Of a DNA stretch of 64,000 nt, positions 26,194 to 37,963 are shown in pieces. The notes beneath the pieces were generated by a model that searched no databases, had not been told where the DNA came from, and saw only the letters and a list, made by a program, of their open reading frames with translations. The stretch is from Callorhinchus milii (Eukaryota), in assembly GCF_018977255.1 (NCBI RefSeq), contig NW_024704743.1, forward strand, positions 94,118,001 through 94,182,000, written 5' to 3'. Within the stretch, counting starts at the first letter, position 1; every line of letters starts with the position of its first letter. The position numbers were made by a program, and so were the translations under genes.

Positions 26194-26934
26194 ATCCAGT
26201 TGATAACAGGGATGCTGAAAGTTACAGTGTGAGGCAGGAATAAATAAAAGCAAAAAGGGTGTTGGCCAAATTGCCAAATCATTTGTGTTCCAATCGTTGC
26301 AGGTTATGTTAAAGCTGTACAGAACTTGGCACATTTGGAGTACAGTGAAAGAGTATAGGTCAGCCCCCTCTACGATTTGGGGGGAATTGACCAATCTCTA
26401 GAGGCAGTGGAAAAGACATCAACAAACCTGATCTCCCAGTAAAAAATGGGTAAGTCTCAAAAAGAGAACCATATATCGATACGTAGAAGATAGATATGTA
26501 CAAGATAGTGAGTGAGCTGTCGGATCCTGAGATGCTGCTGGGTAATTCAAAAGCCCAAATAACAATCAATTCCTCCCAAAAGTACCTTCATATGCTCAAC
26601 TCATTAACAAACAGCCAATGACTGAAGGTAAGTCATTTTTTTTTGTGTGACTAGAGGTTGAAAATTAACATAGGACATAGCCTGCGTTTGAAGGAGGGGT
26701 AAATTCAAAACAAATCTGCGGAAACACTATTTCAGTATGCAAGTGGTAAATCTATAGGGAGATGCTGGAAGCAGGAAGTGTCGATGCTTTCAACTTCAAA
26801 TTAGATTGATTTCTTTTAAGAAATAATATTTTGGGATACAATATTCAAGGAGATCAGAACACGGCACTGCCAGGATGGTGGAAAATGAACTGGATGGACC
26901 TTGGTCTTCTTTCGTCTAGCATTTCTTATGCTCC

Positions 26935-27225
26935 TAACATCGGATGAGACATTAAACTGAGGTCCCTGCCTGTTCAGGTGGAAGTTAAAATCCCATGGCA
27001 TGATTTGAAACGAGAAGGCAGTTTCTCCCAGTGTCCCGGCCAACAAATCCCCCAAATAAAATTGATCATTCACTCCATGGCTGTATGCGGGACATTGCTA
27101 TGTGCAAATTGGCTGCAGCGTTTGCCCACAAAATACATAGTCAATCCACTTTACAGTATATCCTGTAAAGCACTTTGAGACGTCTCGACGACGTGATAAG
27201 GCACTTTATCAAATGCAAGGATTTA
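26935..27225 (+). mobile_element. Deu-domain SINE (family B), 5'-truncated, preceded by a CR1 3' remnant
   Basis: cggatgagacattaaactgaggtccc...cccatggca...gtgcaaattggctgc...tail. Confidence 0.82.
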
Positions 27226-29864
27226 ATCTTAATATTGATTATTATTATCATTAGTTTCCTTTGCATCTTGTAAACATGTCCAACAAATGCCAAATATGTT
27301 TTACCATTTCCAACAGTGCCTAACTAAGTTAACACTCACCCTTAGGAAACATTTTATGTCTTCATGGTTTTATTTAACCTCAGTTTGCTTCCTTATTTTA
27401 ATAAAACCACACAAAAATGCTGAGACTGAACCTTGCCCTGAGAATGCCAGTAAATACAGGTTCCGCCTGCTAAATTCATACAACCTCACTTGAAAAACGG
27501 CTGACAGGGATATCTTAAGTTGCTTCAACCCAGGCAGGAACTGCAGCTGCAAATCTGCATGGAATCGTGTTTGCTTAACAAACATCAGTCCCAAAATAAA
27601 CAGCTGATTCATACCAGCAAATTAGCAACATATATCTGCACCATTGGTAACACAATGACCTTATTAAAGCAGAGCTCTGTATGTTTCTTGGTCTGATGGC
27701 ATGTTAAAGGATAACTAAAGAAAATAATCAGTTGGCAATCTTTTAAGATGTGACGCATAACATAGTGAAAACATAGCTACCTTTGTTCCAAGTATATAAT
27801 TTTAGTAAGTGTGCAGGATATTTCTTTTATCTCCTAGTCTCATCTCCAAAAAAGATTTCCATGAGACTGAATTGATCAAATAACATGGCTGTTAAAACTT
27901 CTGTAATTAAATCAGGTAGCTCATCTTTCATGTGGTATAAAAGGTAACAAAATTCTCAAAAAGTTATACAGGAGAGATGAGGAAATTGTCTGAAATAAAA
28001 GAGATAACCCTTCCCTCCAAGGTAAATTTTACAAAATAGGTCTAAGATCCAATCCTATCTTTTCCCTCAGGCCATGCACCTCCTTCTTTCAGGCCTCCAC
28101 TAACTTCATTCGTAACCTGGATGACATGAGCTGTGCCAGAATTGTTCCGTGGCACTCCACTCACTCTGATTTTTCTTCCTGTTTCCACAACTCCTGGCAG
28201 GAAAATGACTGGCCTCCACTTGGCAACTCACTGCATGCTGTACCTTAATGCTCCAATGGCCTATGCACGTTATTCAAAGCAGTTTCAGAAGAAAATTCAT
28301 TGATATGATCTGTGTGTGTATCCTTATAAATAATGCTAAATTCCTCTTGTTGAATGGATATTGTCTTGCCTCTTGTGAGTTTGCTGGCCAGCCACTGGTA
28401 GGACATCTCAAGGAAACATCCAAGTGATGGTACAGTGACACAGGAGCGCACACGTATTGGACAAGATATTCCACATGTTTCTAAGTGTAACAACTTTAGT
28501 AACATGTACTTCCAGCGAGAATAGCAGTTACATTCAAGAGCATTCTCACTGTGCAACAAAGTACAGTAATTGGGAATCAGTTCAATCCCGTATTTTGTCA
28601 AATCCCCAATCTAAACCGTACCTTTGTGGTATAGCTACGTTCCTGCGAAGGAGGAGAAATCAGAAGGAGAGCCTGGCTGGACAGTTGTCACATGCTTCCT
28701 CATGATTTGTGCAGAGTGGCAATAGCTAAAATCTGGAAGCAAGTCTCCACCTTCAACAAAGAGGTGCTGTGTGATCTGGGATGGCCAGAGAGCCTGAAAA
28801 AATACCCTTTCCTCAAAGGTAAATTTTATAAAATGGTCTAACGTCCAATTCTATCATTTTCCTCAGGCTATGCACAGGAGAACTGAAAAGGATAAATACG
28901 GTTCCTTCCAAAAATGCTTTTAATTTAAACCACAGATTTGCATCGCTTTCCCAAAGACTAGAGAGAATTTTTTTTAACCTTAAGTAACATAATAAAAAAT
29001 AGCTTGCATTTTTATAACCCATCAAGCTGAAACGTCTCAAAGTGCTTCACAGTAACTACTGTCAAATGTAGACTTTGTATTTGTAACTTGAACGGGAAGC
29101 CATTTAGTGCACAGCAAAGTCCGACAAATAAGTGGTTTGTCTTATTGATTTGGAGCATTGTTGGCCAGGAAACCAGGAGAAACTGCATTCACCTTTTGGA
29201 TAGTGTAGTGGGACCTTCAATAATATATAGGAACTAGCAACAAGGAAAAAATAGTTTTCTTATCAAAACTGTTCTATCTACACTGCACGCAGCAGGGATT
29301 AAAAAAAAGTACCTCTGCATAAATGTGCTAGTGAAAAATGGAGCAACGGCCTGACAAAATAACCTTAAGTTCAGCAGAAAAAGAAAGTCTTCACTCTCAC
29401 TACTTTAGCCTGGATTGAGAGAAAGATATGATCATGCCCTCAACCTTACCTCTTTGTCAGTTTACAGCATCCAATGAGATTCCCAACTGAGAATATAAAT
29501 GTGGATTCAGTGGAATGAAGCAAAGGGAGGAAAAAATATTGCACAATTTAAGTACTGTACATTAATTTTTGTTATCAGTTGAGTCTAAGCATATAGATGT
29601 GTGAAAAACACATTTTGAGTGATATGTGTTTTTGTTGCACTTAAGAGTGTGAGATGCTGGGGAAGCAGTTACAACTTCTCTGTGGTCTGCTGTTGGTCCT
29701 GCTTATTTCTTTTCGCAACTGGGGCACCATCACTTAGAGGCAGTAATTTAATTGAGTCCTTCAGTGAAACTGACAACATCCAAGACGAACCATAAGTTCA
29801 CTGTTTTTTATATTTTCCACCAGCAAATTTTTAAATGATAAAGTATAAATACAACCAAATACAG

Positions 29865-32590
29865 CAACTTGCATTTATACAGCGCCCTTCACACGGGGTA
29901 GTGTCGCTGAGCGCTTGACAATGACAGAATCTGACCCGGAGCCAGAGGGAGGGGGGAGGTGACCGTAAGCACGATCAAAAAGGAAGGTCTTTAAGTGGGA
30001 TTTGAAAGTGGGGAGGGAGTGGGCAAGGCGGAGGGATTCAGGGAGAGAGTTCCAGAGTTTCGGGGTGTAGTGGCTGAAGGCACGGCCACTGATGGTGGAG
30101 AGGAGGGATAAACAGGAGGCTGGAGCCTGTCGAGCAGAGACAACGTGTGGGGGAGTGGGGGGGTAAGCAAATCGGATAGGTAGAGAGATGTGAGGGCATG
30201 AAGGGATTTAAAAATGAGTCAAAGGACCTTGAAACCAATCTGTTCAGTAATTGAGAACCAGTAGAACCTGGCAAGCACAACAACAACAAAATTACATTTG
30301 TGAAGCATCTTTCATGTTGAGAGAACGTTGGGAGTTGTGTTTCAGACCTGAGTTGGGGGTCAGGATTGGGGAGAGTGGAGGGTAGGGAGGGAAGGAGGGT
30401 GATTGAAAATACGGTCGAAGAGGAACGTCTTGAGATGGGTCTTGAAGGACACAAGGGAGGGGGCAAGGTGGAGGGATTGTGGGATGGAGTTCCAGAGGGT
30501 GGGGCAGAGTGGCTGAAGGCCCACCCGGCAATAGTGGGAAAAGTGAGGCGGGGGACGTGAAGCAGACCGGAGCCTATGGTGGGACGAGTGAGGCAGGGGA
30601 CGTGAAGCAGACCGGAGCCCGCTGAACTGGGGAAGAGGGCAGGTTGGTAGGGGTTTAGGAGGTCGCAGAGGTAGGGAGGAACGAGGCCATGGTGGGCTTT
30701 GAAGGTGAGGACCAAGATCTTGAACTGTATCTTCTGAGTGATGGGAAGCCAGTGGAGTCGGGTGAGGATGGGGGTGCTAGGGCCACGGAGCATGGTGCGG
30801 GAGAGGATACGGGCCACAGAGTTCTGGATGATCTGCAGCCTATGGAGGGAGGAGTTGGGGAGGCCAACAAGCAGAGAATTTGCATCATGAAGCCTGGATG
30901 TTACGAATGCGTGTATAAGGGTTTCAGCAGCCTGCAGCGTGAAACAGTGGCAGAGCCGGGGGATGTTGTGGAGGTGGGGGACGGCAGAGCGGGTCATGGT
31001 ATGAATGTGGGGTAGAAAGGATAGTTGACAGTCAAACAAGACATCAAGGTTTCAGACTGGCTTAGTAAAGTGGAGTGTGCATCCTTGGGTGGTGATGCTG
31101 TTAGGGCAAAGTTAGCTCTCAGGACTGGTGTGATGGGGTTGCAGAGTGTTGTGCGGTTGAGTATTCGGAAGGCAGAGTTTGAATTAGTTGTATTTTGTGT
31201 AAGATGGAGCTGAGGAGACCAGCAAGGGGGGCATTGGAATAGTCCAGCCGAGAAGTGATGAAGGCAAGGACGAGGATTTCAGCTGCTTTTGTTGTGAGGT
31301 ACAGACGGAGGTGGGCATTGTGATGGAGGTGGAAAAAAGAGGTTCTATCAGGGAACAGATGTGGGGTAGAAAGGAAAGTAGGCGTGTGAACCTGATACCT
31401 AAGTTGCGCATGGGTTCGGTGAGATTGAGGGAGAGCCTGGGGAGGTTGAGGAGTTCAGACCCACAGGAGAGAAGAAGTTGACGGGAGCCAAAGAGTATGG
31501 CTTCTGTCTTGATGACATTCTTTTGCAGGAAATTTGCGCTCATCCAGGCCTTGATATCCGTCAAACAAGCTGACAGGATATCAGCAGGCTGGGAGTCACA
31601 GCTGGAGGAGGAGAAGTAGATTTGTGTGTCATCTGCATACATGAGGAAGTTTACCCCATGTCTGCGGATGACACTGCAGAGAGAAAGCGTGTAGATGAGG
31701 AAAAGAAGGGAGCCAAGGATGGAGCCTTGGGATGGAGGTGGATGGTGAGATTGACTGTGACGAACACAGTGGAGAGGTCGAGGAGGATGAATAGGCAGAG
31801 GTAGCCCTGGTCACAGAGAGAGAGAGGACATCATTTGTTACTTTGACGAACGTTGTCTCTGTGCTATGGGCAGGACAAAAACCGGACTGGAGGGGCTTGA
31901 GAAGAGAATGAAGGAGAGGTGTGAACGAAGTTGATTTGCAACCACGCATTCCAAAACTTTGGCCAGGAAGAGCAGGTTTGAGATGGGTCTAAAATTTGTG
32001 AGGTTGAAGGAATCATGGGTAAGGTATTTGAGAGGACTGTTGACAGCAGTTTTGAGGGGGAGGGGGACAGAACCTGAGGAGAGGGACTGGTTGATTGTGT
32101 AGGCAGCAGTGGGCAGAGGAGGGGGAGTTGAGTGACCAGAAGCTGGGTGGGATGGGGGTCAAGGCAGCAAGTGGCGGGCTTCATCTTCATGATGGTGAGG
32201 GAAAGGGAGGTAGGAGAGATGGGGGCAAATGAGTGTAGAGTGTGTGCCATTGTGGGAGGAGAGGGTGATGAAAGAGGCATGGGGGGGGTGTACGCAATGG
32301 GGGGGGGGGGGGGAGGAGGAAGAAGAGACAGCCAGGCGGATGTTGTTGATCTTGAAGGCAAAGAAGTCCAGGACCTCTTTGCACTTGGCGTCTGAAGTGA
32401 GGATCGAGGGTGCTTGAGAGGGGGCGTGGAGGAGGTAATAGGTTGTGGAGAACAGGATTTGGGGATTATTTTGGGCTTTCAGAATGACCTGTGAGTAGAA
32501 GGCGGATTTGGCTTGAGAGAGGGAGCGGCAGTAGGTATGAAGATTCTCAAGCCACAGTTGGTAGTGAACCGTGAGACAGTAAATGTGTTC
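29865..32590 (-). mobile_element. Older L2 LINE of about 1.9 kb, split by a nested L2
   Basis: Degenerate ORF2 motifs KPATCCLDPHPTQLL, LQSGFCPAHSTET and MYADDTQIY; the sequence resumes at 30275 after the nested copy. Confidence 0.88.
30276..31120 (-). mobile_element. Nested L2 3' fragment
   Basis: Encodes AETLIHAFVTSRL...LHWLPITQKIQFKILVLTFKA and has its own (TTG)n tail at 30276-30290. Confidence 0.88.
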
Positions 32591-33588
32591 TACTGAAAGG
32601 TTACATGACCTCAAATATCATAAAGAAAGATACCTATTTGCCTCCCATTGGCTCATTGCCAGTTCTTGATGCCGTGTTTATGACTTTAACGTAGCTGGAT
32701 AGTGGTAGGTGTAATATGTAGAAGTCCTGTGAGTGTGTGTGTCTGTGTGTACAATAGGTCAGTCACAGTATAAAAAGAAGGGATTGCTATCCACAGTCCA
32801 CTTTGTGAACTGTCACATGAGCAGAGATTTCCATAAAAACATGCTTGCATGGTACACTAATCACAAGAGTTACTCGATAAGGGTACAACTGACTAATTAT
32901 TATAATTCTTCAGAAAGCATTTCAGGATTCACAGAATCCAGTCTCCCTGCCTTCTTTCCTGCTTTTGAACCTGCACATGTTTTGATCTACCAAAAAATAA
33001 TGGTACGAGTATTATCACACCCGAGTGATTCATGGAGGGCGACACCAACAAATGATTCCCCCCAGAGGGAGGGCGGAAAAACAGGATGGGGAGTAAACTT
33101 AGTAGTTCACATTATCATCTAGAGTCATTTCCAGAAACTTGATGGTAGGTTCCCTGCTGACCCATTTAGCTGGGATATATCATGAAGGTTTATAGAGCTT
33201 TAAAATATCAAAACAGTGGTAATATTGAGCAGTGAATACAGCTTAGAAGCAGCAAAAGTAAATATTATACAATGTCATTAAACGACAATCCACAAACTTT
33301 TTTTACAGGATTTCTGCACAAGGAAAGTTGCCATACTTTTAGGTGATATGGCTGCTGAACATAGTGCAATTAACATAACGTGTGGAGACAGGCCTGTATT
33401 CAATGGAAACAAAACATAGAAAATGTCAGCCTGGATGTTTTTTTAATTTGAAGTTGGTGATTGTACAATTGGTTCTTTTATAATATTAAAAACTAATGCT
33501 TATTACTGGAGTTTTCATCCTGCAATTAGTCACATATTTGTAGAGTTCTCCTCAGCTCTTGACAGAAAGAACAGTGTGAAATAGAATT

Positions 33589-34000
33589 CAACAACAACTT
33601 GCACATATATAGTGCCCTTCACGCAGGGTAGCGTCTCAGAGCGCTTAACAGTGGTGGAGTTTGACTCCGAGCTGGGGGGGTGGGCGGGGCAGGAGGTGGC
33701 CGTAAGCACAATCAAACAGGAAGGTTTTCAGGCGGGCCATGAAAAAGGGAGAGAGGGGGCAAGGCGGAGGGATTGAGGGAGAGTGTTCTAGTGTTTCGGG
33801 CATAGTGGCTGAAAACGCGACCTCCGATGGTGGGGCGGAGGGTGCGAGGGACGAATAGGAGGCCAGTGCCAGTCGAGCTGAGGTGTCAGGTGGTGAAATG
33901 GGGAGTGAGGAGGTCGGGGAGGTAAGAAGGTGCCAGAGAGTGAAGGGATTTGAACACAAGTGTGAGGATCCAGCACCCTGCAAACGGAAACAATCTAGTG
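33589..34000 (-). mobile_element. L2 3' fragment, second subfamily
   Basis: Reverse complement of the 2040-2489 type, including the tail. Confidence 0.82.
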
Positions 34001-37000
34001 CTGAAAGCAATGTTCCAGCAGAATAAATTGAGCATTAATCTACAATATTACACTGCAAAACAATGTAGTTAATTTAGTTTGACCCATATTTACCTAGCTG
34101 GGTATTAATTTCACATAGTGGGTAGCACTCTCACCGGAAGATTATGTGTTCAAAACTATATCAGGACTTGAGTGCAACAAAAACAACTTGCATTTACATA
34201 GCATCCTTCATGCGAGTGAGGGTCAGACGATTGATCAATGACGAAGTTTGATGCCGAGCTGGGGAGAAACGGGAAGTGACTGTGGCATGGTTGAGAAGGA
34301 AAGTCTTCAGGTGTGATTTGAAGACGGGCGAAAAGGGGGCAGGTAGAGGGATTGAGGCACTAAGGCCCAAATACCAGAGTTTGGGACTTAGTGTCTGAAA
34401 TCATGTCTGCCAATGGTGGACCGGGGGGTCAAGGAATGCACAGAAGCCCTAAGCTCAGTGAAGGGGGCAGGTAGAGAAGTGCCAGGAGGTGCTGACCTGT
34501 GGATCAGACATTAAACCTGTTTTTCAGATGGACACTAAAAATTCCATGACATAATTAAAAAAGAGAGAATATCTTCCTATGTCTTGGAAATTTGATCGTC
34601 AAGATCAATTGATCATTCACCTCATGACTGTTTTTAGGTATAGATTGCTGCTGCACTTGCCTGTCAATAAAGCCTATCATTGCCCTTACTAGTCATTACA
34701 TGTGAAATAGAGACTTCAACATGACATGGTGACACAAAAATGCAAATTCACTGTTTACATGAATATTTGATTTTCTGCCACTTTACGATAAATAAAATAC
34801 GTGAACGCCGATCTGTTTCAAATGCAAAGGTATTATGGCGTTATGCTTAGTTCAAGTTGACATACATTAGAGTATTTCACATTGCTGCACACATTGTCAA
34901 AATGTGATAAACGAACAGGACAAAGTAAATTTATTTTAGTATTCTCAGCTGCCACACAAAGGCAAGTCTGCTCAACTTATCACTACTACATGGATACAAT
35001 GTAACCTCTTATTTCATAAGCACCAAAAACTATATTCTCTCTTGGCTACAATATGAATGATCATTATCTGTTACTTTTGAAGCAACTGAAATGCATTTCC
35101 TCCACCCCCATGGGAAACTATTTGTGAAGTGGGCGGTAAATGTGGCTAACTTTAATCAAATCTGTAAATACCTGGAAAGAAACCAGTGATGTCTACAGAT
35201 TACAGGCCTTTGGTTTAATTTCTATCTCTGCTTAATCGGCAGTCAGTTTTGAATTGATCTAGAGTCCCATATGGAGCAGGTGATCTATCGCTTTATTTTT
35301 ACCTTTTATTCAAATATAAATAAATTTAAATGTAATGTACCCAATTGTTTTCCAGTTCCAGGTCTTCACCCAAATGCTATGCATCATCTCGAAGGTGCAA
35401 ATTGATGGCCTTTGCCAACATTGCATTTTAATTGACCGTTTGTGAAAACAATTAGGTATTTTTTTAAAAATTATATTCAAATTGTTTAAATAATGTGCAC
35501 AGGAGACATTCCAGCTAATGCTGACAGACTGCATATTCCTTCAGTCTTTGGGTGCTGTGGCAGACAAAAATGCAAGTCTGTCCCTTCTCCCTATGCCACG
35601 AAGGAATCAGGTGGTGGAGTGTGGAGAGATGGGTGGGGGGAGGAGAGGGGGAAAGCAGTAGAACTGCACAGCACTGTTTACAACTGCATCATAAAAAGTC
35701 TCAGAACATTATTCTCTCAAGCACAAGAGTAAAGTCCTTTAAAAATCTCGCCCTTTTTATAACACAATTCACTTCTAACAGTATAGAAGTTGACAGCTTA
35801 GTTTAAAAAAGTTGCATTTTTATCGCGCCTTGAACATGGAAAGTCACAAAGCACTTCACAGTACTTATCACTCGCAGTCATTTTGCACATTGCAAAACCC
35901 CATAAACAGTTAAGAGATGAATAACCAATATGGAGGCACCCNTTTTTTGCAGTATTGTGCAATCTTTAATGGTACATAAGACACAGCAAGCAGAAATAAA
36001 TGCAGTTTTCTTATCAAACTGAATTATCTACACTGTGTTAAACAGGTTTTAAACAAGAAGTTTAAATAAATCTATTGAAAGATAATAATTCTTGTGTTTG
36101 ATATAGTGGCTCGTATGTCAGGAGGAGATCTCAAAGCACTTCACAGGATTATTGTAAACTTTAGTGATTATGTAATTTGTAGACAAAATTATATATGGAA
36201 TCAGTGAAATGATGTGGCATGTCCTAATGTTTTCTTGGAGCTTAATGTCTGAAAATACATTGGGTTACACTCCAATTCCATAATGAATAAACATGTGATG
36301 GTCTGCGCATGTGTAGAATCTGTAAATCTTTGAGCAACTTCTACAATGTCGTCAGATTTCATGCACACACATTAGACATTTATTTTGTGTTGTGCCCATG
36401 AACCAAACAACAGTAGCGGAATTGTGAAAAAATTTGGCTTGGTCAAATACCTGTTTAGCGGAGATGAATGAATATGTAATGGAAGCTTGAACATACGTGA
36501 AGTCTCCCGGCATTGTGATACTCATACAGCAATATCAAGACATTCACCCATAGTTGAAATGTTATTTGTTACAAGCACCTCCCAATATCCAGAGGCAATG
36601 TAAAAGCAGAAGAGGCTTGAGATTTAGGAATGCCTACTGTTTGGCATTACATTTCAAGTCTCTGGAGCTATAACGCACAATGTGTTTTACACAAATAGAT
36701 AGTGCAACTGAGCACAGGAATCAATTCTGGCACTGTTCACTTGCTACATAGTGGTGCTAGAGTTCACAAAGAAAGCTGAAGTGACCAAGATGTGTGGCGA
36801 GATCAGCCTAACTGCAGACAACACTTTCCATTTGCCTGAGAGGTGGCACTTTCATCCATTTCAAAGATGGCCTTGACTTCTGTTTGGCACCTCCACAATG
36901 ATAACTTGAGGCTGGTAAATGATCATGTGGGAAATCATCAAGTTGAAGCCACATCCTATCGCAGTAGCACTGTACAATGCAGCTTTAACACAATCAGCAC

Positions 37001-37590
37001 CAGTTCAACCACTGGTGCGGCACAACCTCAAACTTCATTACTCTATGTCATCATTAATTTGTTAAAAATTGTTCTTCGGTTGTGAATATTCATCGATTTC
37101 ATTGCACGGAGTTAGAAGACTCACAGCTAGAAGTGAAAAGGCCCCCAATAAGATTGTCGAGACCCACAAAAACTGATTCCTAACAAAATATTTTAAAGAA
37201 GCTTCTGTACAGCTACAGGACAACTCGATATCTGATCATTCCTCCCTGATGTCACCTCCACCCAATCTCAGAGTTGCCCACTGTGCCTCTCATACCTGTT
37301 CCCCTTTTCTCTTTCTGTCCTTTGCCTTTAAGCTCGTGCTCCCTCTTGGACATTCTTGGACAAAAATGAAAAGCTCTCCAGAACAGAACTATCCCAACTT
37401 GAGTCAGTTTAACTGATGAAACAGGTCTGGCATCGAGGTTGATGTGGTCCTGTCTCTAGTTCAGGGTAACTGGATTAGCACAGTTTGGGTAACTACGTTT
37501 GTGTTCTTTCAAGGTTTAACATGTTTTCTCCCCCATTTCATGCACATTTTCACACTTCTGATCATTCTGACCCTATCAATTTTCATAACT

Positions 37591-37963
37591 GGGATCCTGT
37601 AGCTCAGTGGTTAGAGCACTCGCCTGGCAAGAGTGAGACCTGGGTTTGATTCCCGGCAGGGCAAAATGTTGGGCAAGTTTCCTTGGTCCATACGCCTTTT
37701 TACCTAGCAGTAAGCAGGAATCCAGTTGTTAGTCGATTGGCGGATCACTTTTCCAGGGGTAATAATTCCTTCAAAACAATAATAATAAATTGATCACTCA
37801 ATCCACAACTCTTTATGGGACACTGCTGTGGACAATTGGCTGTCATGTTTCTCCCACAAAATGTACAGTCGATTCACTTTACAGTATATTCTGTGAAGCG
37901 CTTTGAGACATCTCAAAGACACGATAAGGCACTATATCAAATCCAAGGATTTTTATTATTATT
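37591..37963 (+). mobile_element. SINE family A, full length
   Basis: A box tagctcagtgg and B-box-like ggtttgattcc; central domain; 3' region shared with family B; TAT tail. Confidence 0.9.

Noticed and set aside
30038..31039. Longest ORF in the window (333 aa) as a host or domesticated gene
   Set aside because: It is the L2 ORF2 C-terminus reading through its own tail into the older host L2. It has a non-ATG start, drifts out of the L2 frame and shows no splice support.
37405..37430. Hammerhead ribozyme cores (CTGATGA...GAAA; also near 20237, 43629 and 53795)
   Set aside because: I could not find the flanking helices that the fold requires.
37591..37665. tRNA genes at SINE heads (also 25123, 47784 and 42165-42235)
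   Set aside because: The tRNA-like A/B boxes run directly into SINE bodies and the copies are divergent, so they are SINE heads and not tRNA genes.
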